From: Yuukianura sp. NJ FZ-2021
Lineage: Eukaryota
Length of the DNA: 64,000 nt
Direction of reading: 5' to 3'
Assembly (NCBI GenBank): GCA_046563655.1
Contig: CM102287.1
Coordinates: 10,168,001-10,232,000, forward strand
A program made the translations under genes and the position numbers. The first letter of the stretch is position 1. Each line of letters starts with the position of its first letter. Positions 22,557 to 34,143 of the stretch are shown here, one piece after another. Below the pieces are notes generated by a model. The model searched no databases, had not been told where the DNA came from, and saw only the letters and a program-made list of their open reading frames with translations.

Positions 22557-25318
22557 TTAGAAATTGGAAGTTTTCTTTTGAGGATTTTTGGATTTAGTTT
22601 TCGCTTTTCTTGTGAGATCGATTTCGTTCCAAAATTTAAGTTCCTGTTCAAACGGATTTTGAAGTGTAGAGTAAGTCTCGTTTTGGCCAAAGATGAGCAG
22701 ATGAGGCAGTGGACGCCAGAGGGTGTGACCTTTGACCTCAAGGTCATTGACCTCGGATGACCTCTTGACCTCTACGGCGGGGTCACCAGTTGAAATGAAG
22801 TTTGTTAGCAGTTGAACCATGTTTTCACTTAAGTCGATTTCCGTTGTTTGAGACTTTGTAAAACCGGGGTAGTAGCGACTAACATTGAAAATGTAGAATT
22901 GATCCTCCGTGTGCCCCACTCCTAAATTTTTTTAAACTTTGAAAATTTAAAAAAAAGTTTTGAAATTTTGGAAATTTTACCCCACTCATCCGCTCTGATT
23001 CCGATTGTATTTACCAAGTTATCTTTTCCTTGAAAATCAAAAACGTAGGAATAAGTAGGTGCCAATGAAGCATGCGCAATTGTGGCTTCGTGGATTCCTT
23101 GGATGAAGAATCGCAGAGTTAAGGCCTAGAAAGGTCAAAGGTCAAAGTTCAAATGTCAAAGGTCAATGACCTTTTGAAGAAAAACTTATGCTAACCTTGG
23201 CTACTGCAGCATTTGATTGTTTAGCACCAAAACCCGAATTTTTGAAATAAAATTTTGAAATTTTCTTTTGAATTTGTTCCTTGTTTGGATAGGATTCGTA
23301 GTTGAGGAGATTCGGGGCTCTCGTCCACCACTCCCTTCTCAGCTGCGGAATTTTCAACGTCATGTAGAACACTGCAAATTTTTCAAAATTTAACTTCTTT
23401 TTTTCCCCCGAAATTTCAAATTTTGAAAATTTGAATTCGTACATTGCAGAATAAAGTAGCCTTCCTGTTTTGTACACGACGTGATCCACGGGATTTTTGC
23501 AACATCTTTTCGCTTGTACATTTCGCGAGGCGTCGCGGTCAAAAAAGCGTTTGACCCCGCTGATTCCACCACTGGCCCAAAAAGTATCAACGGAGTCGGT
23601 CCAAAATCCTACTTTACAAAATTTTGAAACCCCATTTTCGAAATTTTGAAAAAAAAATTTTGTCAAATAAAATTTCTAGTCCTCACGAGAAGATACTTTT
23701 GGTTGCTGACGAGAAAGTTTGGATTCCGATTTCTGAAACATTTTAAAATTGCTTCTGAATTGTTTCTGTTTGGATCCATTGGTTGACAGCGCACTCTCTT
23801 GGCCAGTCGGTAGGTCAAGGTCATTGACCTTTCTCTACTGGATACTGCCCAGTAGTTGAATGCTGTTCCACTGAATGACATTGCCCTGTGAAAGAGACTG
23901 CGTGACCTTGACATCATGTGGAGATGGGTACTTGACCCGCCTGCACTGTGACCCCCCAAGGTCACCTTCAAGGGGTCACCCCCAAAAGCTCCGATGTTGT
24001 CCCGCACCCATTGCAGAGCTAAAACTTGATCTTTCAGTCCATTGTTCCCAGGGACAACGCTGTCTCCAGTACTGAGGAACCCTGGAAATAGTGTCAACCG
24101 CAAAATGATCAACAGGAGAGTGGTCAAAATTTCAAAATTTCCTCAAATTTTTTACAAAATATGAAAATTTTTCAAAAATTTTCAGAATTGTACCCAGTAC
24201 ACCAAGTCTGTAGTTGAAATTGACTAGAATTAGGTCTTGGTTGAGCAAGTAGCTTGGGCCATAGTCTGCTCCACTCCCAAACAGAAACGACCCGCCATGG
24301 ATGAAAACAAAAACAGGAAAGGAAGAATTCTTAGGAAAAATCTAAAAAATATTTTCCAAAAAATGAGATTTTTTTCAATTTGATCTTCAAAATTTTAAAG
24401 AGTTTACTCTTTTTGGAGCGTAGACGTTAAGAGTGAGACAGTCTTCTGATCCAATTGTTGTGTACAGAAGTCCCACGTCCAATTGGAGACACGGCGATCC
24501 AGGACTTTTGGCCAATCGCGTTCCAGTCCAAGCAGATTTCGGAACTGGAGGCTAAAATAGTTGAAAGTAGTAGTTTTAACACCTCAGTTCAATTTTTACA
24601 ACTCAATGAAAATCAATCACGTTTTGAAAATTAAAGAAAAAAAATTGAAATTCTAACTAAGATCGACGCCACATAAAAAATAAATTTTTTGGGATACGGA
24701 AGTTTACATGGACTGAAATAAATTGAGAGGAGGAATGTGATTGGTCCAGAAAAAAAGCATTAGGCGAGATAGGGAACGAGATAAGAAAAATACACAAGGA
24801 AAAACACACTTTTCAGTTTTCACATGAGAATTCTCATATCTCAAGAAATGAAAAGTTCAACTAGCGTTTTAATTAAACAAAACTTTTTCAACTACATCTT
24901 TAAAATTCACGTTATTACTCTTCTAATATTCTAAAAATTTTGAAATTCTAAAAATTCCAACAATTTTTTGATGAAAAATATTTTTGAATAATTTACCAAA
25001 ACATTTGCAAAAATTTTGGGAATTGCGAGAAAGGAATTTACTAAAAGTAGTTTTTACCTGAAATTGATTTTGGCCAATTGGTGGCTCAGCGTATGGAATT
25101 CCCTCGAAGGCTTCAATAGCTGCCCCACCGGAACTGATCATGTAGTAACCCTCAACGGCCCCACCGTGGGAAAGTATTGCTCTTGGTGGTGGCTCAGCTT
25201 CCAAAATTTGCCCCACCAAATTCACTCCTTCTCCAAGTATTTCTGGTTGTGGGTACTTTGGCCAGCACCAAGTGCCCATGGCACACAACAAGTAAGTCAA
25301 GTATGCTCCCACGAACAT
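22557..25318 (-). CDS. Secreted carboxyl/cholinesterase, multi-exon
   Basis: Signal peptide, [42 protein letters not shown], catalytic GHSAGG, acid residue in KQEG, His in GHTED. Confidence 0.92.
24579..24960 (+). repeat. ~400-bp dispersed repeat in carboxylesterase intron 1; second copy at 57541-57955
   Basis: Collinear match, including gaatgtgattggtccagaaaaaaagcatt.ggcgagatagggaacgagataagaaaaatacaca. Confidence 0.85.
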
Positions 25319-26613
25319 CACAAATTTTGAAGTTTGAAATTCAAAATTTTGGTTTTCTAAAATTTTGAAAAAGTCGCACAGTTTAGAATTCCATTGGCTT
25401 TAGCCACGTTTTCACAGACGACGCTGCTGGATTTGGTTTAATTGCATCACAAACATAAGTTGCGCAACAACTGATAAAATTCCTTGAGAAATTTGTTGTT
25501 TTGCAGCAATAAAATTGCATACTGCTGCTTTTTTTCTTAATGTTGTGTACACAGATGTGTTTAGTTGCTGTTGTAGTAATAAACCTGTTTGAAATCACGT
25601 GAGATTGTGTTAATCAAGTAATTAGTTACGAGGGCACACGGTGGAAGCAGGTTTTACTAACCTTGCTCCATTCAAAAAGCAACTTCCTTCGACTTTTGTT
25701 TTAAATGTTAAGGAAAACTACATTTTGAATTTGAAATCTAATTAGGGAAAGTCAATTTCTAAAACTAATCTGATTTTAAATTAATCTCAAAACTCGCATT
25801 TTCATAATAAAAAACTTAAAAAATGCGAAAGATTTTTATTGCATCAAGGAAGACAATGGAAAATTAATTTTTCAAGGCCATCAGAATTTAATTTTCACAC
25901 AAGAAACAACGTTAATCAAAAAGCAAACAAGAATTGCTAACTTTTTTGTTCAACAAGGTCTGAACAAGGCTTAAGTTCATTTAAAAAAAAATGAAAATTT
26001 ACGTCAAAACGAAACTGGGAGTGAGTGAAATCTTACATAAGAGTGAGTGTAATTAAAAAGTTAAGGTTAGTGTTTGTGGTGAGTGAAAGTAAAGAAGTTG
26101 TGAGAGAGAAAGTTTGAGTTTGGTGGGAAGTGTGAAAGTAGGTGTTAATTGAAAAGCGAACTTCCATGATCCACTCCCGCAGAGTTAATTGAATTACTTT
26201 CACTTCCCAAAGCCATCAACAAACACTTTCCATCTTGCAACTTCACTTTCACTTTTAACGTATTGTACTGACTGTATTCAAAAATAAGTTTCTAAGTTGG
26301 TAAGTTTCATGATTATTATATAAATAAATCAAAATAAGTGTATAATAATTTTATATAAGTACATATAATTTTTTAAACGCTTTTTCTGTTGCCGTGGGAA
26401 TGTCGATTCCAAATTCAGTTTGTTTTTGTGCTCGTTTTCTTTGTTTGTTTAGTCTGTTTGTTTAGTCACCTGACCAAAACTGTTCCAGTTCCATACAAGC
26501 ACACACTCCGCATTATTCCCTTGCGGATTTATATTTGGTTTTGATAATTTTTACTTCGATTAATTGAAACCAGGATCAATCAGTGCACAATCAATTGAAA
26601 AGCCAATTGAGCA

Positions 26614-27722
26614 ATGGGCTTTGGCGTGGCAGTTTCCGTGGGAGTCTGGGTCCTTGGTCAAGCAGTTTTTGCTTCAGCAGCATTCATAGCTCCTCCCTGC
26701 ATAGTAGTTCCCGAAAACGGATCAATTTTGGTCAGTTTGTGAAAATGAGAATTTGTTTGTATATTTTTGGCAATTTTTTTGAAATTTCTGTTGCAACGTT
26801 TTTGAACAGGAGGCGAATGTTTCCGAGGATGTACTCAAATGGGCTCAAGAAGGGCTCGACGCCCATAACAAACTTCGCAAGAAACATGGTTCCAAAGATT
26901 CTCAAAAGTTAAAAAAAAACTGAGAAATGATGGTCTTTGAAAACGTTTGTGGTGATTTCAGGTACTCCTCCTTTGGTGTTGAACCCCAAGGTGAGTTTCA
27001 GTTGAACTCAATATGAAGAAAGCGCCACATTCCAAACCCTTCCGAAGTTATTGACTAAAATCGATTACTTTTATTAAGAATCGATTACTTTCAGATGTGC
27101 AAGAGTGCTCAGTGGTCAGCCAATTGGAACGCACCAAACACTAATTGGAATCGGAATCCTCATACTCAAGTAATCGAAGGGATTGGATTCGACGGGATGA
27201 AATGCGGTGAAAATATGGGGGCGAGAGGTGGAGCCACATTGATGCGAGCTAATGACACTGCGCAAGATTGGTACAGCGAAATCGAAAACTACGACTTTGT
27301 TAAACACGCCCAAAAGCCTGGAAAAATCGCTGGTCACTTCATACAAGTCGTCTGGAAAGGTAATGTGATTAAAAAATACTCACAAATTTTGAAGAAAAGA
27401 AAGATTCAGAGAAGTTGGTTGAAAAGTTTAAATTATTTGGGAAATTTCCTGTCTGATTGTTTAGCAACCAAGGAAATGTGTATGACCTACGCACAAGCAG
27501 AAAATAAAAGCCAATACTGGATTGCAGCTCACTACTATCCACCCGGTCGGTGATCAAACGTCTTTTTCTAAGATTTTTATATATTCTTAAGTTTGAATTT
27601 CTTTTTGATCAGCATTTGATGGGTCATACGCTGAGAACGTCTTGAATTCGAATTCGGCTAACCACGACCACTTCAAAACCGGAATCATTTTCATTTCGAT
27701 TATTTGTGTACATTTTTTCTAA
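26614..27722 (+). CDS. CAP/SCP (PR-1/GAPR-like) protein 1 with signal peptide and GPI-signal-like C-terminus, 6 exons
   Basis: LDAHNKLRKKHG|TPPLVLNPK|MCKSAQ..PHT..CGENM..WYSEIENYDF..GHFIQVVWK..AHYYPP..ENV; tail SANHDHFKTGIIFISIICVHFF*. Confidence 0.88.
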
Positions 27723-28100
27723 CGACCTCTTTTTCAACATTTTTCTAAAACGTAATTTCAAGTATCATTACCAGAAAGTATTCCAAAAATTTTCATGCAA
27801 TAAAAGGCAAAACGATGATCCAAGTTTACACGTACAACAGTGGGGTTATATGCAATGTTTTTTTTTCCTTTCAAAATACAAATCTCATCCTACCCCGCCC
27901 AAAAGGCAATCGAAAACTGAACGCATAACAGCTAACTTTTGTTTGACTAAAGTTTCTAAACTTTCTCGATACATTTTTGGATTTCTGATGAAGCAGAACA
28001 TAAAACTTATACTTTCAAAGTTTAAGTTAAGTTAGTAATCGTGTTCAAGGAGATTCAAATAGTAACATTGAAAAAGTGACTTTTCCCTTAGACTCTAGAC

Positions 28101-28597
28101 CAGTCTTTCTAGCGCTAAAAAAGAATAGCTTAGCAATTTTAGCAAAAGTGCTAAAAACCCCGCTACTTATGCTAAAAACAATGTATCCTTATGGGGATAG
28201 GCGCAAGGGTCGCAATCAGAACGCCAAGCGGTAATTCGGGGCATATAAAACCTTAACCTCCGTGAACAGAGAAGAACGCCGAGCTTCTAAAATATTTAGC
28301 GCATTAATTAATAATAAATTAACAAATAATATAGCGAAAAAGAATATAATAATAAAAAATAATTAATAAGATTAATTTCATAAAGTAATTACTTCTTACA
28401 CCACAATAACTATGATAATGATAGTATCAATTTCATAAGAAAAGCTTTCTTTTTACACTTTAAAAAAAAAATTATGGGTTTCAAAAAAACTTTTTAAATT
28501 TCGCAGTAAACTTTTAGCATCGTAGCAGTTTTAGCTTAGCATAAATAGTAATCATAGCTCGCGCTAAAAATGCTAACGTTAATGCGAACTAGCCCTG
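28101..28597. mobile_element. hAT-like non-autonomous element
   Basis: Perfect 8-bp TSD ctctagac (28093-28100, 28598-28605), CAG...CTG ends with degenerate TIR, dense subterminal gctaa/ttagc repeats. Confidence 0.7.
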
Positions 28598-28743
28598 CTC
28601 TAGACCTTTTGTTGCCAGCTTTTGAAACCGGGGACCCCAACCATTCAAGTAAAAATCAAATCCAGGGCTCTCGGCCAATCGCCTTCCAGTTCAAGCGGAT
28701 TAGGAATCAAATACTCCAAACGTTTTAATGATTTTATTTATTT

Positions 28744-29406
28744 CGATTGTTTACAATGGTTTCTGCATAGGAGGAAATCAGAAATACATTTCACAGTGGT
28801 TGTTTTCTTATTTTTTGGGTTCTCATGGAATCAAATAAATTTTGTGAACAAACTAACTTATCAGCGTATTTTGACCCAAAAATTGACGTACCGATTGATT
28901 TTTTGCCTCAAAATGCCTCACCCTCTAGTGACAAACCCAATGACAATTAGCGTTCGTGAAGACTTGGTCTTCGACATTTTCTTGCGGAAATCCCCGGAAA
29001 ATGCTCAGTTATGACGCAAGGCTTATCCAAAGTACATCCAAATTCTTGTTGATTTCCTTGGTTGCAATAATCATAATTTGCGAATTTGTGATTTTGCATT
29101 CATAACTGAACTTTATATTGAGATTTGGCGTCACCACTTTCGACACGCTAAATCCTTACTTTCAAAAAGGAAACTCGGTGAGTTTAAACTATTCTTTGTC
29201 TTTTGTGTCTTTCTGGCCGGTCGTCAATCAAGCATATGGGTACAGTGTTCACTGTTTTATTCTTTCAACCGACTCAGTTGTCAACGGTAACGTTGTGATT
29301 AAAGGTTGTTACAAAAAACGACCGAAATTTTTTGTTTAGAATCCGACCACTGTGCATTTGTGGCGAATCGGGACAAAGCTCTATGCTCAACTTACGCAAC
29401 TCTTCC
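28744..29406 (-). pseudogene. Duplicated 3' tail of the vWA gene at 34144, interrupted by a Transib-like insertion
   Basis: 28744-28791 plus 29360-29406 match 34110-34204 (EELRKLSIELCPDSPQMYF* and 3' UTR). Confidence 0.85.
28792..29354. mobile_element. Transib-like non-autonomous element (563 bp)
   Basis: Terminal IR CACAGTGGT...ACCACTGTG, 5-bp TSD cattt (28787-28791, 29355-29359), empty site visible in the parent sequence at ~34150. Confidence 0.85.
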
Positions 29407-29455
29407 CAGCCCCCTGCAAATGGCGCCCATAGCAACCAACGCAATTTTTTGTTTG

Positions 29456-29594
29456 TGACGTCACCAGCTGAAAAATACCGTAATCGTGAAATTGGAACCC
29501 GTTGGCATTTATGTAAACAAGATGTGTCTTACGGGTTTCTATAGGACACCACCAATAATTGGCAGAATTCCGGTATTTTCAGCGGGTGACGTCA
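29456..29594. repeat. Inverted repeat in the filler DNA at the duplication junction
   Basis: tgacgtcaccagctgaaaaataccg ... cggtattttcagcgggtgacgtca. Confidence 0.6.
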
Positions 29595-29658
29595 TTTTTT
29601 TTTCTACATGGCAACTTAGTATTTTACTCACCTTGGAATTTACTAAAGTAATTTTTAC

Positions 29659-29919
29659 CTGAAATTGATTTTTGCCGATTGGTGGCTCAGCGTATGGAAT
29701 TCCCCCGACGGCTTCAATAGCTGCCCCACCGGAACTGATCATGTAGTAACCCTCAACGGCCCCACCGTGGGAAAGCACTGCTCTTGGTGGTAGCTCCGCT
29801 TCCAAAATTTGCCCCACCAAATCCACTCCGTCTCCACGTATTTCTGGTTGTGGGTACTTCGGCCAACAGCAATTGCCCATGGCACACAACAAGTAAGTCA
29901 AGTATGCTCCCACGAACAT
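29659..29919 (-). pseudogene. Orphan duplicate of carboxylesterase exon 1, with its donor site and ~110 bp upstream
   Basis: 261-nt copy of 25058-25318 (FEGIPY changed to VGGIPY); no downstream esterase exons follow. Confidence 0.88.
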
Positions 29920-30360
29920 CTTAAATTTTGAAGTTTGAAATTCAAAATTTTGGTTTTTTAAAATTTTGAAAAAGTCACACAGTTTAGAATTTCATTGGCT
30001 TTAGCCACGTTTTCACAGACGACGCTGCTCCAGATCCAGATCTCCAAGAATTTCTGGATGTGGGTACTTCGGCTAACACCAATACAATACGTATTTAATT
30101 TTATATACGCATATACTATAATTTCTAAAAAAGAAAAACTCCTTTTCTGTTGCCGTGGGAACGTCGATACCAAATTCAATTTGTTTTTGTGCTCTTTTTC
30201 TTCGTCAAGTGACCTGATCAAAACTTTTCCAGTTTCACAGAAGCACATTTTGCACGATCGGCGATCCCTTGTGGATTTCTTTTTGGTTTCATAATTTTTC
30301 GATTAATCGAAGCTACATTCAATCAGTCGTTCCACAATCAATTGAAAAGTTAATTGAACA

Positions 30361-31450
30361 ATGGGTTTTGGCGGGGCAGTTTTGTTAGTTGGAGTCTGCG
30401 TACTTGGTCAACTGGATTTTCCTTCAGCAGCATTCGAAGCTCCGCACTGCGTAACCATGAACGAAACACCTCGGGTGGGTTTCTACAAATGAACAGGTTT
30501 TTTGAAATTTCATCAACCTGTTTTAACATTTTTGAACAGGAGCTGGAAGTTCCCCAGAGTGCAGACAGAGACAAATGGGTTAAAGAAGGACTCGACGCTC
30601 ACAACAAATTTCGCAAAAAACATGGTTCCAAATATTCTCCAGAATTAAAAAAAAACAATGAAAAATGATTGTGAAATTTAGATTCCTTTGCAAATTTTAG
30701 GCGTTCCTCCTTTGGTGTTGAACCCCAAGGTGAGTTTCAGTTGGACTCAGGTTGAAGAAAGCTCCAGTTTCCAAGTTCTTCCGAAGTTTTTGAATTGCTT
30801 TGACAACAACCGATTACTGTGAATCGATTACTTTCAGATGTGCAGGAGTGCTCAGTGGACAGCCCATCAGAATGCCATCAACGGTACTCGCAATTTGTTT
30901 ACTAGGGAGATGGAGGGGAAGTTTGTGATGAGCTGTGGCGAAAGTTTGGCCGAGATCGAAGCCCCTGTACCGGGTTCAGCGATTAGAATTGTGGAAAGTT
31001 GGTACGACTATCGCAAAAACTACGACTTTGTTAAACACGAACCAAAGCCTGAAACATTCGTTTGGTACTTCCTGTCAGTCGTTTGGAAAGGTCAAGTTAT
31101 CAAAAAACTAACAAATATTGCATGAAAAAAAGTTGATTGAAAAGTTTAAAATTAATTTGAAAAATTTCCTGTCCGCTTGTTTAGACACCAAGGAAATGTG
31201 CATGAGCTACGCAGTAAGCAAGGATAATAAGAAAAAATACTTTGTTGTAGCTCACTACTTCCCTGCAGCTGCAGGTAGGCGATCGGACGTTTTTTTTTTC
31301 TAATGTTGTCATTTTTTTTAAGTTTGAGTTTCCTTTTGAACAGAATGGTATGGTGCAGAAGTAAACGCTGAGAATGTATTGAATTCAGCTAACCACCTCT
31401 TCAAAACTGGAATTATTTTGACTTCGATTCTTTGTATTCGGTTTTTCTAA
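30361..31450 (+). CDS. CAP/SCP protein 2 (divergent), signal peptide and GPI-signal-like tail
   Basis: Same 6-exon structure as CAP1; LDAHNKFRKKHG, CGESL, WYDYRKNYDF, WYFLSVVWK; tail SANHLFKTGIILTSILCIRFF*. Confidence 0.85.
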
Positions 31451-32011
31451 AAACCGATTTCAACATTTTTCTAAAAATGTAATTTCAATCAATACCACGA
31501 AGTATTCAAATATTTTTCATGCAATAAAACGCAAGTTTACAGGCAATAACAATCGTTTAAAAAACATTGATTCTTTCAAAATACAAATGTTATCGTACCA
31601 CAAACGACAATCGAAAATTGTAACCAATAGTTGCAACAATAATGGCAATCTGTAATAAAGGTTCACACATATCACACATACCATTTGTTCAGTGAGCAAA
31701 TTACCTTGGCTAGGCTAAAATCATAATTACACTTCATCAGTCGATTCATGAACAACTCAAAATGTCGAAAACATTGTTTTTTTTGTTAAACACCATCACA
31801 CCTTCTAACTTTCTAACTTATTACTTTTGGAAAAAGTCAAGTCCGAAAAAACAAGAAATCAAAATTTATTTAACTAAGAAGTAACTTCAAAAAGTAACAA
31901 AAATGTCTACTAACAAATCAAAAATTGGTTGGTTGGGGTCAAGGTAAATAGAATACCCCAAACGACAATCGAAAATTGTAAGCAATAAAATTTTTACAAT
32001 AATGGCAATCT

Positions 32012-32180
32012 CAAGCTTGTTTAACTCGAAATTTTGTTTATTTCTTCTTAGAAGGTTATGTCAAAACTCCTGTTTTCTTGATTTTAAATTTTTTGAATCA
32101 CACCTCTTGTGCTACCCTTACACGCTTCCGTTGCGTTGCGTCTTACGCCATTTGTATAAATGGTTGCTATAGAAACCTTG
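32012..32180 (-). mobile_element. Probable third CAAG...CTTG family element, reverse orientation
   Basis: Reverse complement of the right end (caaggtttctatagcaac) resembles the family left end; flanks tggcaatct/tgccaatct; empty-site-like aatggcaatctgtaataaa at ~31640. Confidence 0.5.
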
Positions 32181-32527
32181 TGCCAATCTGTAATAAAAGT
32201 TTAATAATTTCGAGTTAAACAAGTTTGGTTTATACGGTGTACTTTTTTATTCTGGTTTTTTTATTGCTCGAAACGTAGTTGGGGTAAGTTGAGAATGAAG
32301 TTTTATAAAACTCTTTTCTGTTCTCGTGGGAACGTCAATTCCATTTCCAATTCTCAGTTTATTTTTGTGCTCTTTCTTTGTTGACCTGACCAAAACTTTT
32401 CCAGTTTCACACAAGCACATTTTCCGCAATCTCGTGCGGATTTCTCTATTTCATAATTTTGTGTTCGATTAAATGAAGCTACAATCAATCAGTTGGTCCA
32501 CAATCAATTGAAAAAGCCAATTGAACA

Positions 32528-33646
32528 ATGGGTTTCGCCGTGGAAGTTTTGTTAGTCGGAGTCTGCGTCCTTGGTCAACTGGATTTTCCTTCAGCGGCAT
32601 TCGAAGCTCCACCCTGCATAACCTCAAAAGAAAACGGATCAGTTGTGGTCAGTTTCTAAAAGAGTGAAAAACTTTTTTTTTGTAAAGTTTTTTTGTTTGA
32701 TCAATCTGTGTCAACATTTTTGAACAGGAGATGGATCTTCCCGAGGATTGGCTCAAGTTTGCTCAAGCAGCTCTCGTCGTTCATAACAAATATCGCAAGA
32801 AACATGGTTCGAAATATTCTCAAAATTTAAAAAAAAAACAATTAACAACGCTTATGGAAGACGTTTGTATTGAATTTCAGGCGTTCCTCCTTTGGTGCTG
32901 AACCCGAAGGTGAGTTTCCGCTAAACTCAGGCTGAAGATAGCGCCACATTCCAAATTCATCCGAAGTTTTTGAATTACTTCGACCTTTGACTAAATTAGA
33001 TTACTTTGAATAAGAATCGATTACTTTCAGATGTGCAAGAGTGCTCGATGGACAGCCTATCAGAACACAGCGTCCCAGGATTATGTGCATACTGGTGCCA
33101 TGCCTGGGTTTAAGATGAGTTGTGGTGAGAATTTGCACCGGGGCTATGGTTTCGAAACAGTGAGTTACTTTATAAGAAGTTTTTACTCCGAAATCAAAGA
33201 CTACGACTTTGCTAAACACAAACCAAAGACTGAGGGAGCCCTGTATCTGCACTTCACACAAGTCGTCTGGAAAGGTCAAGTTATTAAAAAACTAACAAAT
33301 TTTGAAAAAAAAATTTAAAAACTTACTTGGTCAGTTCTGAAACAGTAGTTTAGTTTATATTATTTTTAAATTTAAAAAATGCTTTTCTGACTTGTTAGAT
33401 TCCAAGGAAATGTGCATGAGCTACGCAAAATTCAATGGCACATTCCTTATCGCAGCTCACTACTATCCACCAGGTCGGTGATGAAATGTTTTCTAAAAGA
33501 TATTGGAATTTGGTTTTTAAAATTTGAATTTTTGAACAGGAAACGTCATTAGTAAAGAGGCAGAGAACGTATTCAACTCAGCTAACCACGATCTCTTCAA
33601 CGCTGGAATCATTTTCATTTTGATTCTATCTATACACTTTTTCTAA
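32528..33646 (+). CDS. CAP/SCP protein 3, signal peptide and GPI-signal-like tail
   Basis: VVHNKYRKKHG, YVHTG, CGENL, FYSEIKDYDF, LHFTQVVWK, HYYPPGN; tail SANHDLFNAGIIFILILSIHFF*. Confidence 0.88.
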
Positions 33647-33816
33647 AAACCGCTTTTTCAACATATTTATAAAAAAAAATCAATTATCATCTTCATCACC
33701 ACTCTTTATAACGGTGAACTACGTTGCCGTTTATTTTTCTTTCAAAATACAAATCTCATCTTACCGAATATTCACGTTCCATGTCTGGAAACGGAACTTT
33801 TGCCCGTTTCCGTGTT

Positions 33817-34020
33817 AAATTAAAAAGTTATAAGATTTAGTGTTTGTGGTGACTGGTGAGGTGAGTGAAAGTAAAAAAGTTTGTCGCGAGAGTTTGCGTT
33901 TGGTGAGAAATTATTGCTAACTTTTATGTTAAACAATTGAAAAAGAAATTGGTCACTTCACACAAGTCGCCTGGAAAGGTCACGCTCTCACGTTATTAAA
34001 AAAAACTATCAAATTTTGAA
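33817..34020 (+). pseudogene. Relic of a fourth CAP copy
   Basis: Copy of the CAP1 upstream segment (~26050-26130) fused to IGHFTQVAWKG (33948-33980) and intron-like sequence. Confidence 0.6.
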
Positions 34021-34143
34021 AAAAAAAAAACCTAAAAAAAAAGTTTAAATATTAAACAAAAATGCTTGTCCGTCTTTTTAACATAGAAATCGCAGAAGTT
34101 TTTTTATTCCGATTGTTTACAATGGTTTCTGCATAGGAGGAAA

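Noticed and set aside
28792..28830. 23-RSS at the left end of the Transib-like element
   Set aside because: After heptamer plus 23 bp the sequence is ctcatggaa, not a nonamer; there is no 12/23 pair
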